Assembly: GCA_910576925.1 (NCBI GenBank)
Contig: CAJTKB010000001.1
Location: forward strand, 41,803-105,802
From: an uncultured Bacilli bacterium
GTDB taxonomy: Bacteria; Bacillota_I; Bacilli_A; RF39; UBA660
Reading direction: 5' to 3'
Length of the DNA stretch: 64,000 nucleotides
This document shows, piece after piece, positions 21,043 to 30,096 of the stretch. Positions within the stretch are counted from its first letter, which is position 1; every line of letters begins with the position of its first letter. The position numbers and the translations under genes were made by a program. The notes beneath the pieces are model-generated. The model made no database searches. It was not told where the DNA came from and saw only the letters and a list, made by a program, of their open reading frames with translations.

Positions 21043-22130
21043 ATTTCATTTGCTCCTTTAAGTATCCATCGATAAATAAGTCTATATATCCGTCTAAAAC
21101 TTTTGAAACATTAGAAGTTTCGATATTCGTTCTATGATCTTTCACTAGTGAATATGGATGCATTACATAACTTCTGATTTGTGAGCCAAATTCTATATTT
21201 TTAGTTTCTCCTTTTATATGACTCATTTCTTTTTCTCTTTTCTCCTCTTCTAATATTTGAAGTTTTATTTTTAACACTCTTAAAGCTTCTTCTTTATTTT
21301 GAATTTGACTTCTTTCATTTTGACAAGTAACAACAGTCTTAGTTGGTAAATGAGTAATTCTTACAGCAGAATCTGTTGTATTTACTCCTTGCCCTCCACA
21401 ACCTGATGAGCGGTAAACATCTATTTTAAGATCTGTTTCTTGAATTTCTATACTTATATCATTGTCTATTTCTGGCGTTAATTCAACTGATGCAAAGGAG
21501 GTATGTCTTTTATTATTTGCATCAAATGGTGATAGTCTAACTAAGCGATGTACTCCTTTTTCACATTTTAAATAGCCATATGCATTTTCTCCTGATACTT
21601 CAATAGAACAACTTTTTATACCAGTTTCATCGCCTTCTTGATAATCTAATATTTTAATTTTATAACCTTTTTTTTCACACCATCTACAGTACATTCTATA
21701 AAGCATCATTGCCCAATCACAGGCTTCTGTTCCTCCTGCACCACTATGAATTTCTAATATGCAATTTTTATTATCATACTTTCCACTTAGTAAGAGAAGT
21801 TTTTCTAATTCTTCTATTTTTTCAGTTATTTTATCTATATCTTCTTCAATACTTTTTAATATTTCATTATCATCAAGTTCTAATAATTCAATATTAGTAT
21901 CTATATCATTTTTTGTTTTTTCTAGTGGAAGTACTATATTTTTTAACGAAGATATATCAGCAAAGATTTTTTTAGAAAGTTTCTCGTCACTCCAAAAGTT
22001 ATCAGCTTGAGTTTGTTCTTCTAATTTTCTTATTTTCTCTTTTTTATTTTCAACGTCAAAGAGTCCTCCATAAGTCATTTATTTTATCTTTTTGTTTATT
22101 TAGTTCTCTTTTTAATTCATTTATATCCAT
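21026..22130 (-). CDS. prfB: Peptide chain release factor 2 (programmed +1 frameshift)
   Basis: GGQ motif and SPF tripeptide (RF2-specific). ORF1 from the ATG at 22130 (MDINELKRELNKQKDKINDLWRTL*) ends at an in-frame TGA. The main ORF continues in the +1 frame. Confidence 0.85.
22055..22061 (-). promoter_or_regulatory. prfB: RF2 autoregulatory +1 frameshift site CTT TGA C
   Basis: Minus-strand sequence ...ACT CTT TGA CGT.... This is the classical frameshift motif. Confidence 0.7.
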
Positions 22131-22267
22131 TTTATCCCAACTTTCTAATCTTATTATACACATTGTTTTTTCATTTTAAACATTTTTATGTATATTTTTT
22201 TATTCTTTACATATTATATTAGTGAGGAAGGTTCACTATGTAGTGTGAAGATCCTCTGTATATAGAT

Positions 22268-22291
22268 TGGAGCATATATGCTCCTTTTTTT
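22268..22291 (+). terminator. Palindromic hairpin plus T-run (possible terminator at island left border)
   Basis: GGAGCATATATGCTCC followed by TTTTTTT. Confidence 0.35.
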
Positions 22292-22321
22292 GTTTCAATT
22301 ATATTGATAAATTTATATATT

Positions 22322-23362
22322 TTAATTTAATTTTTCAAGACAATGTATATATTCTACTGTTGTATTTTTTAAATATGTTCTTTTTTTATCTGCTTTGAAT
22401 CTTTTATGCTCTTTTTCATATAATTTGTATCTTCCGTATTTTGACATTATATTTTTTATTTCTTCTAATGGTATTATACCCTCGTCATTATAACTTAGTA
22501 GAATATATTTAAAATCTGCTTTTTCTATTATTTCTTCTAAGGCTTTAGTAGCTTCTTTTTTTATGCAATATTTGGATTTTTTATTTTCTTCTTTTCTTAT
22601 TCCTGTTTTACCTTTTATTTCTGGATTATCATATAGTGCTATTGTTTCTAACATATGATAATTTGTATCATACTTTCTAGTATTGTATGGTGGATCCATA
22701 TATAAAATATCACCTTTTATTTTTTTTATTAAGTTGTTACTATCTTCATTATATACTTCTAATTTTTTGCACTTTTTATTAATTATTACTTCTACAGGTT
22801 TTAATTCTAAATTATTACAAGCAGATTTTTTCATTTTTTTTAGAAAAGCTTCGTATACAGAAGCAGTATTAGCAACTTTATCAGCTGATTCTATTAAACT
22901 TGATATTAAGAAATTATATTCTGTTTCATTAATCATTTTTTCTTTTTTCCAAACTTCTATTTGTACTCTTATAGCATCTATTTTTTGGGCATTTTCTGCA
23001 CTAAAGTATTGTCTTTCAAATTCGTTTCCTGCTGTTCCTTCTAATGAGTAGTTCTTATATATAAATCCTTTTTTATTTCTAATTTTATTTAAGTATTCGA
23101 ATGGTTCTATATCATTTTCTTTTAATATTCTAAATTCTAATGTTTCATTGTTTTTTATAAAATGTTTTGCTGTTATGTAACTGTAATATTGAATATCATT
23201 AGAAATGATACTATAGCCTTTCTTTTTGAAGTATTTACCAACTGCACTTGTTCCTGCGAAAATATCACAAAATACAATATTATTTGACTCTGGTTTTATA
23301 AAGTCTTCTATTGTATCATCTATATATTGAAGTATTGAAGTTTTTGATCCTATATAGTTCAT
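22322..23362 (-). CDS. D12-class (Dam-like) N6-adenine DNA methyltransferase
   Basis: N-terminal YIGSK (Dam WAGGK-like), motif I DIFAGTSAVG, motif IV DPPY. 346 aa. Confidence 0.8.
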   Translation of the reverse strand: MNYIGSKTSILQYIDDTIEDFIKPESNNIVFCDIFAGTSAVGKYFKKKGYSIISNDIQYYSYITAKHFIKNNETLEFRILKENDIEPFEYLNKIRNKKGFIYKNYSLEGTAGNEFERQYFSAENAQKIDAIRVQIEVWKKEKMINETEYNFLISSLIESADKVANTASVYEAFLKKMKKSACNNLELKPVEVIINKKCKKLEVYNEDSNNLIKKIKGDILYMDPPYNTRKYDTNYHMLETIALYDNPEIKGKTGIRKEENKKSKYCIKKEATKALEEIIEKADFKYILLSYNDEGIIPLEEIKNIMSKYGRYKLYEKEHKRFKADKKRTYLKNTTVEYIHCLEKLN

Positions 23363-23452
23363 ATTAAGCCTCCTCTTTTATTATAACATAATATGTATTG
23401 GTATAATTTGTAATATTTATATATAAAGCGTTTTATGTTATAATTTCATAAG

Positions 23453-24265
23453 GTGATTGTAGTGAAGAAAAAGAAGATTAATGATATCGACATGAAAAAT
23501 TGGAAAAATTATGATGATATTATTACAGATAGTCTTTGGATTATAGATAAGAGAGATAATTCAGGTAATCATTTGGGTGACTATCATGGGAATTTCATAC
23601 CACAAATACCTAATCAATTAATGAAGAGATATACTAAAGAAGATGATTGGGTTTTAGATGCTTTTGCTGGTAGTGGCACTACTTTAATAGAATGTCGAAA
23701 ACTTAATAGAAATGGAATTGGGATAGATATAGATAAGGATATTTTAGAGGTTGCTAAGGAAAGATCAACTACAGAGATCGGTACTTCTGAACTAGAATTT
23801 ATTAATGCTGATAGTGCAGTTGTTGATTTGAATAATATTTTGGTTAAAAATAAAATCGATAAAGTTCAGTTAATAATATATCATCCACCTTATTGGGATA
23901 TAATAAAATTTAATGATTTAAAAGGAAATTTAGCTAATCTTAGTACTCTTGATGAGTTTTTGGATGGTTTTTCTAAAGTTATTGATAATACTGCTAAGTA
24001 TTTAGAGCGTGATAGATATCTTGCAATTGTGATTGGTGATATTTATAAAAAAGGCAAATGGATACCTCTTAATTCGTATATTACGCAACTAATGTTAGCT
24101 AAGAATTTTTTATTAAAGTCTGTAGTTGTTAAAAATGTTTCTGAAACTAAAGCTAAACAAAATAATAAATCTATATGGAGATATAGGTCTTTGCTTGGCG
24201 GCTTTTATGTATTTAGTCATGAATATATTTTAATTTTTCAAAAAACGAAAAAGACAAATATTTAA
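23453..24265 (+). CDS. Putative SAM-dependent DNA (N6-adenine/N4-cytosine) methyltransferase
   Basis: DAFAGSGTTLIECRKLNRNGIGIDID (PF01555-type motif I) followed by HPPY (motif IV-like). 270 aa. Likely GTG start at 23462. Confidence 0.55.
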   Translation: MIVVKKKKINDIDMKNWKNYDDIITDSLWIIDKRDNSGNHLGDYHGNFIPQIPNQLMKRYTKEDDWVLDAFAGSGTTLIECRKLNRNGIGIDIDKDILEVAKERSTTEIGTSELEFINADSAVVDLNNILVKNKIDKVQLIIYHPPYWDIIKFNDLKGNLANLSTLDEFLDGFSKVIDNTAKYLERDRYLAIVIGDIYKKGKWIPLNSYITQLMLAKNFLLKSVVVKNVSETKAKQNNKSIWRYRSLLGGFYVFSHEYILIFQKTKKTNI

Positions 24266-24290
24266 AAATTTATTGAACTACAATAAATTT

Positions 24291-24533
24291 TTATTTGTCT
24301 TCTTTTAAGTGTTTTCTAAACTCAAGTGGATCATACCAAAAGCAACCTATACAACCCTGAGAACTTCCATCGTGATTTTCATCTCCACTATAAAATGACA
24401 TAGGATAACCTAATTTTGTAGCATCAAACCTTTTGTTTGTTCTTCTGCATTCTTTACAAATTTGCCTTTTGGCATCATTTGCTGCTTTACTTAATGGTTG
24501 AAAGTCCTCTAATTTTTGAGTTCTAATATCCAT
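24291..24533 (-). CDS. Small Cys-rich (CxxC...CxxC) protein, hypothetical
   Basis: 80 aa. CKEC...CIGC suggests a zinc ribbon. Last gene of the three-gene operon. Confidence 0.4.
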   Translation of the reverse strand: MDIRTQKLEDFQPLSKAANDAKRQICKECRRTNKRFDATKLGYPMSFYSGDENHDGSSQGCIGCFWYDPLEFRKHLKEDK

Positions 24534-24586
24534 TGCAGTATCATTTTTCCAGCCATTTTTATGATCTACCTCTGGTTTTGAAGTAT

Positions 24587-24910
24587 TTAGTATAACACAT
24601 CTTTTATTTTTGTAGTAGTTTTTATATCTGTTCTTATTACTTGACTTCCTATTCTGTCTTCTTCTTTTTTTAATCCATTTAGTCTGATTCTATCAATACC
24701 TCTAGATCTTTTATCAAATTCTATATAATAGTATTTGGCAATTGTTGACTCTTTTCTACACCAATCTGCTCCATTTTTAAACATCAAACTAGCATATTCA
24801 TTAACAAATTCTGATTTTGATACCCATCTACTTTTTCCTTCATCATCAGGTTGTGCTAATTCAATAAATAAGTAGGGCTTGGTTCCTATTTTAAATTTTG
24901 GTTGATTCAC
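24587..24910 (-). CDS. Hypothetical protein, translationally coupled to the upstream nuclease-like gene
   Basis: The GTG start overlaps the TAG stop of the upstream gene (TAGTGA). RBS GGAGG sits 8 nt upstream. Confidence 0.45.
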   Translation of the reverse strand: MNQPKFKIGTKPYLFIELAQPDDEGKSRWVSKSEFVNEYASLMFKNGADWCRKESTIAKYYYIEFDKRSRGIDRIRLNGLKKEEDRIGSQVIRTDIKTTTKIKDVLY

Positions 24911-26025
24911 TATTTTTCCTCCTCAAAGATAATTTCTTTATTTTCTTCTTTAAATGATATATATCTAATGGTTTCTATTTTATACTGTTTTTCTATCCTA
25001 ATAGTATAGTTTTTTATGTCTTGATACATTTTTTTATTTTTTTTATTAGGAGTAGGGGCAATTATTGTAGGATGTATGACTACTAATTTGTTATAAGTAG
25101 GAACTATATAATCTTTAATCCAGTTAACATACTTTAACAACTGATTTTTTATAGATTCTTTAGGTTGTTCATCTTTTAATTCACAAACAATAATATCAGT
25201 TCTTTCGTCATTTTCTTGTATAAGGCAAATATCTATACTTTGCATTCCAACTCCACAAGAAACTTCATTTCCAATCCAAGTTATTTTATCATCCGTTACT
25301 TTTAACGCATCTATATTTGAAATATTTTGTAAAATATATGCTTGCATATGAGCCTCATAAGCTAGTTTTATGTTTTTTTTGTAAATTAACCTATTTTTTA
25401 TATTTAAGGATTCCTTTTTACCTTTATAGGTTTCTGAGTTATTAGATGTAACTATTTTGTTTTCAGCTATGTCATAATTATAGTTATTTCCTATTAGTTT
25501 TTTATAATTATTTTTATGTCTAATTTTATTCATTATTTTATCATATTCATAATCTGTTATCATAGTGCATCCTCTATTACCCTTTAGTTTTCTATATATA
25601 AGGCTCCAGCACATTTCGCTTGGATGTTTTATATTATCTAATGAGTCTAGGCACTCTCTTTCTGTAATTCCTTGTTCATATACTTCATCAGGAGTAAACA
25701 TAACTCTAAAAGTTAGATTTTTATTCAATTCATAGTTTAAATACTTGTCGTTGCATAGAAAAGGAGCTTCTATTGCCTTAAAACTTGCAAAAAACATTCC
25801 ATCATGATCTTGTGTTTTTTGTAAGTAAAATAATATATTATCATTTTTTTTAATTCTAGATATATCGGCTATCATTTCAGTTAATTGTCTTTCTACTATT
25901 CCTTCTATTTTGATATCGTTATTTATTAAGTAATTACAATCATATTTTTTTGCTCCTGTACCAGCAAATTTATATTGCAAGTGGATTGATAATGTTCTTC
26001 CGTCAACGATAAAAACATGAGCCAT
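24910..26025 (-). CDS. PD-(D/E)xK nuclease-like protein (candidate restriction/defense endonuclease)
   Basis: C-terminal IDICLIQENDERTDIIVCELKDEQ fits the D...E-x-K nuclease motif. Likely start is the ATG at 26025 (MAHVFIVDG, RBS AGGTGA); the track start at 26079 uses TTG. Confidence 0.5.
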   Translation of the reverse strand: MAHVFIVDGRTLSIHLQYKFAGTGAKKYDCNYLINNDIKIEGIVERQLTEMIADISRIKKNDNILFYLQKTQDHDGMFFASFKAIEAPFLCNDKYLNYELNKNLTFRVMFTPDEVYEQGITERECLDSLDNIKHPSEMCWSLIYRKLKGNRGCTMITDYEYDKIMNKIRHKNNYKKLIGNNYNYDIAENKIVTSNNSETYKGKKESLNIKNRLIYKKNIKLAYEAHMQAYILQNISNIDALKVTDDKITWIGNEVSCGVGMQSIDICLIQENDERTDIIVCELKDEQPKESIKNQLLKYVNWIKDYIVPTYNKLVVIHPTIIAPTPNKKNKKMYQDIKNYTIRIEKQYKIETIRYISFKEENKEIIFEEEK

Positions 26026-26585
26026 TTTATCACCTACTTCATTGAAGAATATTTTATCATAATTTTTATCTATATACAATTTTAATTTTTCTTCCCTTAT
26101 TATTAAGTGTAAACAGTATCAAAACTTTTGAATGTAATTTTCTGCTTCTTGTAAAATCCGTTAAATTTATTCTGCTTTTTATTAAGTTGTCACTATTTAT
26201 TTTTCTTCTTAACTATTCTATACTATATATCAAATACTTCATTATTAACTCTTTATTCTAATATTATTCTATCAAAAAAAGATAGACATTTAAAACTATC
26301 TTTATAAAAAGTCTCATAGGTATCAATGCCTTTAATTAATGATATTGCATATTTATGGCCTTTAAGCTACTTCCCACAGCATTGCTTACATTTCTTACCA
26401 TTTTCATACTCTTCTGATCTTAAGTATATATAGTATTTGTAAATATTTTTAAATAAAATTTACATTTATTCGCTAAACTGATTATATCGTATTTTATTTT
26501 TCTTAAATTCTTTTTATTCAATTAATACTTATCCATACCAGATTGATAGGAAACTCGAACTTTTCGAGTAGTAATAGAAAACGAC

Positions 26586-26614
26586 TTGTCAAAAAGTCGT
26601 TTTTATGATATTAT
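26586..26614 (+). promoter_or_regulatory. Strong sigma-A-type promoter (TTGTCA, 17-nt spacer, TGaTATTAT) driving an antisense transcript
   Basis: TTGTCA at 26586-91, extended -10 at 26606-14. Embedded in the palindrome ACGACTTGTCAAAAAGTCGT. Confidence 0.5.
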
Positions 26615-26704
26615 GCATATAGATGAAGAATTCTTCATACAATAAAAAGGGAATACTTAACCTTTCCTTGTTTGAGTGTTCACCAGAATGTGGTTAGCAC
26701 TTAA

Positions 26705-26830
26705 TCTACGAAAGTAAATTGAGTGCTTTTGTCTTATTATAGATTACTATATTACCAAAGTAAAAAGTAAGGCTATGAGTAAGAAGATAATTAGAATAAG
26801 TGATAAGATTAAAAAATCTTTCTTATGCAT
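26705..26830 (-). CDS. 41-aa hydrophobic peptide (candidate type I toxin, Fst/TxpA-like)
   Basis: MHKKDFLILSLILIIFLLIALLFNFGNIVIYNKTKALNLLS. RBS AAAGGAGG 8 nt upstream. The 5'UTR can pair the SD with an upstream GCCTACTTT segment. Confidence 0.45.
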
Positions 26831-26892
26831 ATCATCAGCCTCCTTTCATTTGAAAGTAGGCAAACACTCAACGATTAAATATTCCTAAAATA

Positions 26893-26921
26893 ATTATACA
26901 AAACAAATGTTTTTATTACAA
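26893..26921 (-). promoter_or_regulatory. Promoter for the small-peptide mRNA (TTGTAA, 17 nt, TATAAT)
   Basis: Minus-strand TTGTAA (26916-21) and TATAAT (26893-98) give a leader of about 56 nt. Confidence 0.4.
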
Positions 26922-27003
26922 TAAATTTATACTAAGTTATGACAATTTAGTAAAACACACTTGCATATTGACAATATCAATATGTATATATGGAGATATT
27001 TAA

Positions 27004-27489
27004 ATGAATAATACTATTAAAGGTACAAGTTGTTATGCAAATGCTAAATCAGGAAATCTCGTTTCAATAACAGGTGACGGTGGAAATGCTTGGGGATTTT
27101 ATGGACAATCATATAAAAAGTTAGCACCAAGTCTAAAATTATATGAATACTGGCGTGATAATCCTGATCATTTAAGTGATATGGAATTAATTGAATATTA
27201 TGTACAACAATACTATAATCATCGTTTAATAAATTTAAATGTTGAAGAACTTTTTAATATTTTAAGAAACAAATTTGGAGAAGAAATTATTCTTTTATGC
27301 CATGAATTACCAAGCGAATCACCAATGATGGATAAAAAACATTTTTGTCATAGAAGATTAGATGTAGATTATTTTGAACTTGAAACTGGAATAATCATTC
27401 CTGAAATAGGTATTGATGAAAGTGGTATTATAACTTATTATGAACAACCAAATTATAAAACTATTTTAAAAAAAGTTATGAAAAAATAA
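27004..27489 (+). CDS. DUF488-family (YeaO-like) protein
   Basis: LAPSLKL and ILLCHE...HFCHRRL fit the DUF488 LLCxE...CHR signature as I recall it. 161 aa. Confidence 0.5.
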   Translation: MNNTIKGTSCYANAKSGNLVSITGDGGNAWGFYGQSYKKLAPSLKLYEYWRDNPDHLSDMELIEYYVQQYYNHRLINLNVEELFNILRNKFGEEIILLCHELPSESPMMDKKHFCHRRLDVDYFELETGIIIPEIGIDESGIITYYEQPNYKTILKKVMKK

Positions 27490-27770
27490 TATTTTATATA
27501 GCAAAAGTTGTTATACCTCATCCTTTAGGGTACATATAGATAGCATAATCATACCTTTTCCCTTTTTAACATCTACACTTAATAAGGCTTCATTAATTAC
27601 TCATTTCTTGATTACAGGCTTCTGTTTCTATCATTATTTTATCAAGCTTGTTATATTCTAAGACCATTTAATTTGTGTTCTCACTTATACTCTTGATAAA
27701 TAATTTAACCTGAAAAATAAGATATAAATATTAAATTATTTACATCTAAAGTATACTTGTAATCTATCTT

Positions 27771-28658
27771 TCAAAATAATGCTATTTGTTCATTGTTTTT
27801 TATTTCTTTTTTATACGCACTAATAATATCTTTCATATTATATAATATTCCATATTTATCGCATTCATCAGTAAATATTTTGTATAAGTACTTATGATTA
27901 GGCACAGTACAATAATATTTATTCCCATAATATTCAATATACTTTTGTTTCAAGCCTTTAAAATTTCTGTCTAACACTTCAAAATAGTAATCTCTTTGAT
28001 TATCTCTTAAAGTCATTCCCATATAAGTATGAATAAATCTTGCACCATATTGGCTTGCTAGTCTCACTAATTCCTTTATATCTTCTTCTTTATCAGTAAT
28101 AAATGGCAAAATAGGATTCAACATAATACCTGCAAATATTCCGTTCTTACTTAATTCACTAATTGCTTTAAATCTATTTGAAGAAGCACATACATTAGGC
28201 TCTATTATTTTAGATAAATCATCATTTGATGTTGTTATAGTAAATTTAACAATGACATCATTTTTAGCATTTATTTTTTTTAATAAATCTATATCTCTCA
28301 AAATTAAATCACTTTTTGTGTCAATAGAAACTCCATATCCATATTTTGAAAATAGTTTTAATGCACTTCTAGTCTGTTCATATTTTATTTCTAATGGATT
28401 ATAAGTATCTGACATTGATCCAATACCTACAACACCTTTTTCTCGTTTTCTTGATAATTCTTGTTCTAAAATTTGAAGTGCATTTTCTTTTCCTTTAACA
28501 AGATCAAAATTTTCTATATGATAGCAATTACTTCTGCTATCACAATAAATACATTTATGAGAGCATCCTCTGTATAAATTGATATTATAATTAACACCAT
28601 ACCATTCAGATCCGTCTTTTACTTTTGTAAGCATTGTTTTTGCTTTTATGTATTCCAT
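27771..28658 (-). CDS. Radical SAM protein, SplB-like (spore photoproduct lyase / DNA repair photolyase COG1533 family)
   Basis: YRGCSHKCIYCDSRS CxxxCxxC cluster in the COG1533-type context. 295 aa. Confidence 0.7.
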   Translation of the reverse strand: MEYIKAKTMLTKVKDGSEWYGVNYNINLYRGCSHKCIYCDSRSNCYHIENFDLVKGKENALQILEQELSRKREKGVVGIGSMSDTYNPLEIKYEQTRSALKLFSKYGYGVSIDTKSDLILRDIDLLKKINAKNDVIVKFTITTSNDDLSKIIEPNVCASSNRFKAISELSKNGIFAGIMLNPILPFITDKEEDIKELVRLASQYGARFIHTYMGMTLRDNQRDYYFEVLDRNFKGLKQKYIEYYGNKYYCTVPNHKYLYKIFTDECDKYGILYNMKDIISAYKKEIKNNEQIALF

Positions 28659-28661
28659 TTT

Positions 28662-29408
28662 TTACTCCTTTATCAATTTTTCAAATGAACTTGCATTTAA
28701 TATTGTATTTGAAATAAATTTTCCTTTATAAAAATTAGCCCAATTATTAAATATGCAAGGAGCATTTTTTGCTTTATCTAAAGTATCTATTTTTATAAAG
28801 TTAATTTTAATATTATTATCTTTTGCATATTCAGTTAGTTCTTTTACTTCATATTCAACATAAGGACATTCTGGACTATAATAAATCGTAAATTCATCAT
28901 TATCAATTTTCATATTTCTAGCATTATCATTAAATTTAGGTGTTTCATTATCATCAAATTGTAATGCCAATAATTCATAATCCCCTATACTATCTACAAC
29001 TTTAAATCCATAGTGCTCAAAAAATTTCTTTTCTCCAATAAATGGTTTTTTCTTTTTAGAAGTTAAAGTACACATTCCACTCATACCTTTTTCTTTAGAG
29101 TCATTGATAGCATACTCTAACAATTCTTTTGCAATACCTTTTCCTTTAAAACTTCCTGCTACCCATAGACAGTAAATATATTCATAATTCTTACCACTAA
29201 TAGGAATCCAGGCAGTTTCTATTGGCTCATATTCAATGAATGTTTTTCCTCTTGCATTTAATTTTCTAAATACATGACCATTTTTTAATTTTCCTTTTAT
29301 CCATTCTTTCTTTTTATCTACTCCATATTGATGTTTAGGATCACCAATAGCACAGCATATATGCTCATCATCTATGTTTTCTAATGTTAAATTTATATAT
29401 TCATTCAT
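28662..29408 (-). CDS. GNAT acetyltransferase with C-terminal YoaP-like domain
   Basis: N-terminal GNAT (WVAGSFKGKGIAKELLEYAI) plus an approximately 110-aa C-terminal extension of YoaP type. 3-nt gap to the radical SAM gene. Confidence 0.6.
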   Translation of the reverse strand: MNEYINLTLENIDDEHICCAIGDPKHQYGVDKKKEWIKGKLKNGHVFRKLNARGKTFIEYEPIETAWIPISGKNYEYIYCLWVAGSFKGKGIAKELLEYAINDSKEKGMSGMCTLTSKKKKPFIGEKKFFEHYGFKVVDSIGDYELLALQFDDNETPKFNDNARNMKIDNDEFTIYYSPECPYVEYEVKELTEYAKDNNIKINFIKIDTLDKAKNAPCIFNNWANFYKGKFISNTILNASSFEKLIKE

Positions 29409-29441
29409 TTTACTTTACTCCTTAATAAATTAAAATTTAAA

Positions 29442-30030
29442 TTACTATTTCCTCTTAATTGGATGTCTTATAACAGTCTTTAATTTGCTTACATCACATT
29501 TTCTTGGGTCACTTAAATATATTTCATGATGATATCTTGTATCTGTTATATCTAATTCGTATCATTGATCCATAACAAATTTGTGCATATCCTCAACTGT
29601 TGCTGGTTCATTATCATAGGAACCTATATGCATACATTGAACGCAAGCACCCTCATCATAAGTGAAAAATTCAACTTTTGAAAAATCTTGTTTCTTTTTT
29701 GCTTCAGAAATAGCCCAGTCAAAATCTTTTTTCGTTACAAAATCAGGTAATCTAATTATTGATATAAAGTTCATTGTTCCTTTATTATTATAATCAATAG
29801 TTCCTTTTATACCATCTTGCCACCAAAAGCCCTCTAACGGTGTACAACATATTCAAAGAAGCTATCAATTTTATATAGTAACCCTATTGTGTTTTGATAT
29901 TCTCTATTTTCTTCATTAGGATTTCATTTTCCTCTTACTGCAATATAATTCATTTTGGAACTTCAACTATACTAGATTTATTCTTCGGCAGATAAAACTC
30001 CTTATATTCTTTCTTATAATCAAATGCCAT
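29442..30030 (-). pseudogene. GyrI-like small-molecule-binding domain gene, disrupted (in-frame TGA plus frameshifts)
   Basis: MAFDYKKEYKEFYLPKNKSSIVEVPK...FISIIRLPDFVTKKDFDWAISEAKKK...EGACVQCMHIGSYDNEP. Stop at 29562-64 with the same frame continuing (YELDITDTRYHH). Several stops/frameshifts lie between 29780 and 29960. Confidence 0.6.
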
Positions 30031-30096
30031 ATTTTATCCCTCCCATCACTTGATACATAAATTATAGCAAACTTAATATGACAAAAGATTGTCATA

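Noticed and set aside
24291-24533. HNH endonuclease assignment for the 80-aa Cys-rich protein
   Set aside because: The CxxC...N...H...CxxC residues are in the wrong order and spacing for the beta-beta-alpha-Me motif. It is kept only as a putative zinc-ribbon protein.
26775-26888. Plus-strand 37-aa ORF (MSKKIIRISDKIKK...) overlapping the candidate toxin
   Set aside because: It has a weak RBS and lies antisense to the better-supported hydrophobic peptide. It is more likely part of a non-coding antisense RNA.
29562-29564. In-frame TGA in the GyrI-like gene as selenocysteine or programmed readthrough
   Set aside because: There is no SECIS-like structure downstream, and several additional frameshifts and stops further upstream in the same gene indicate simple decay.
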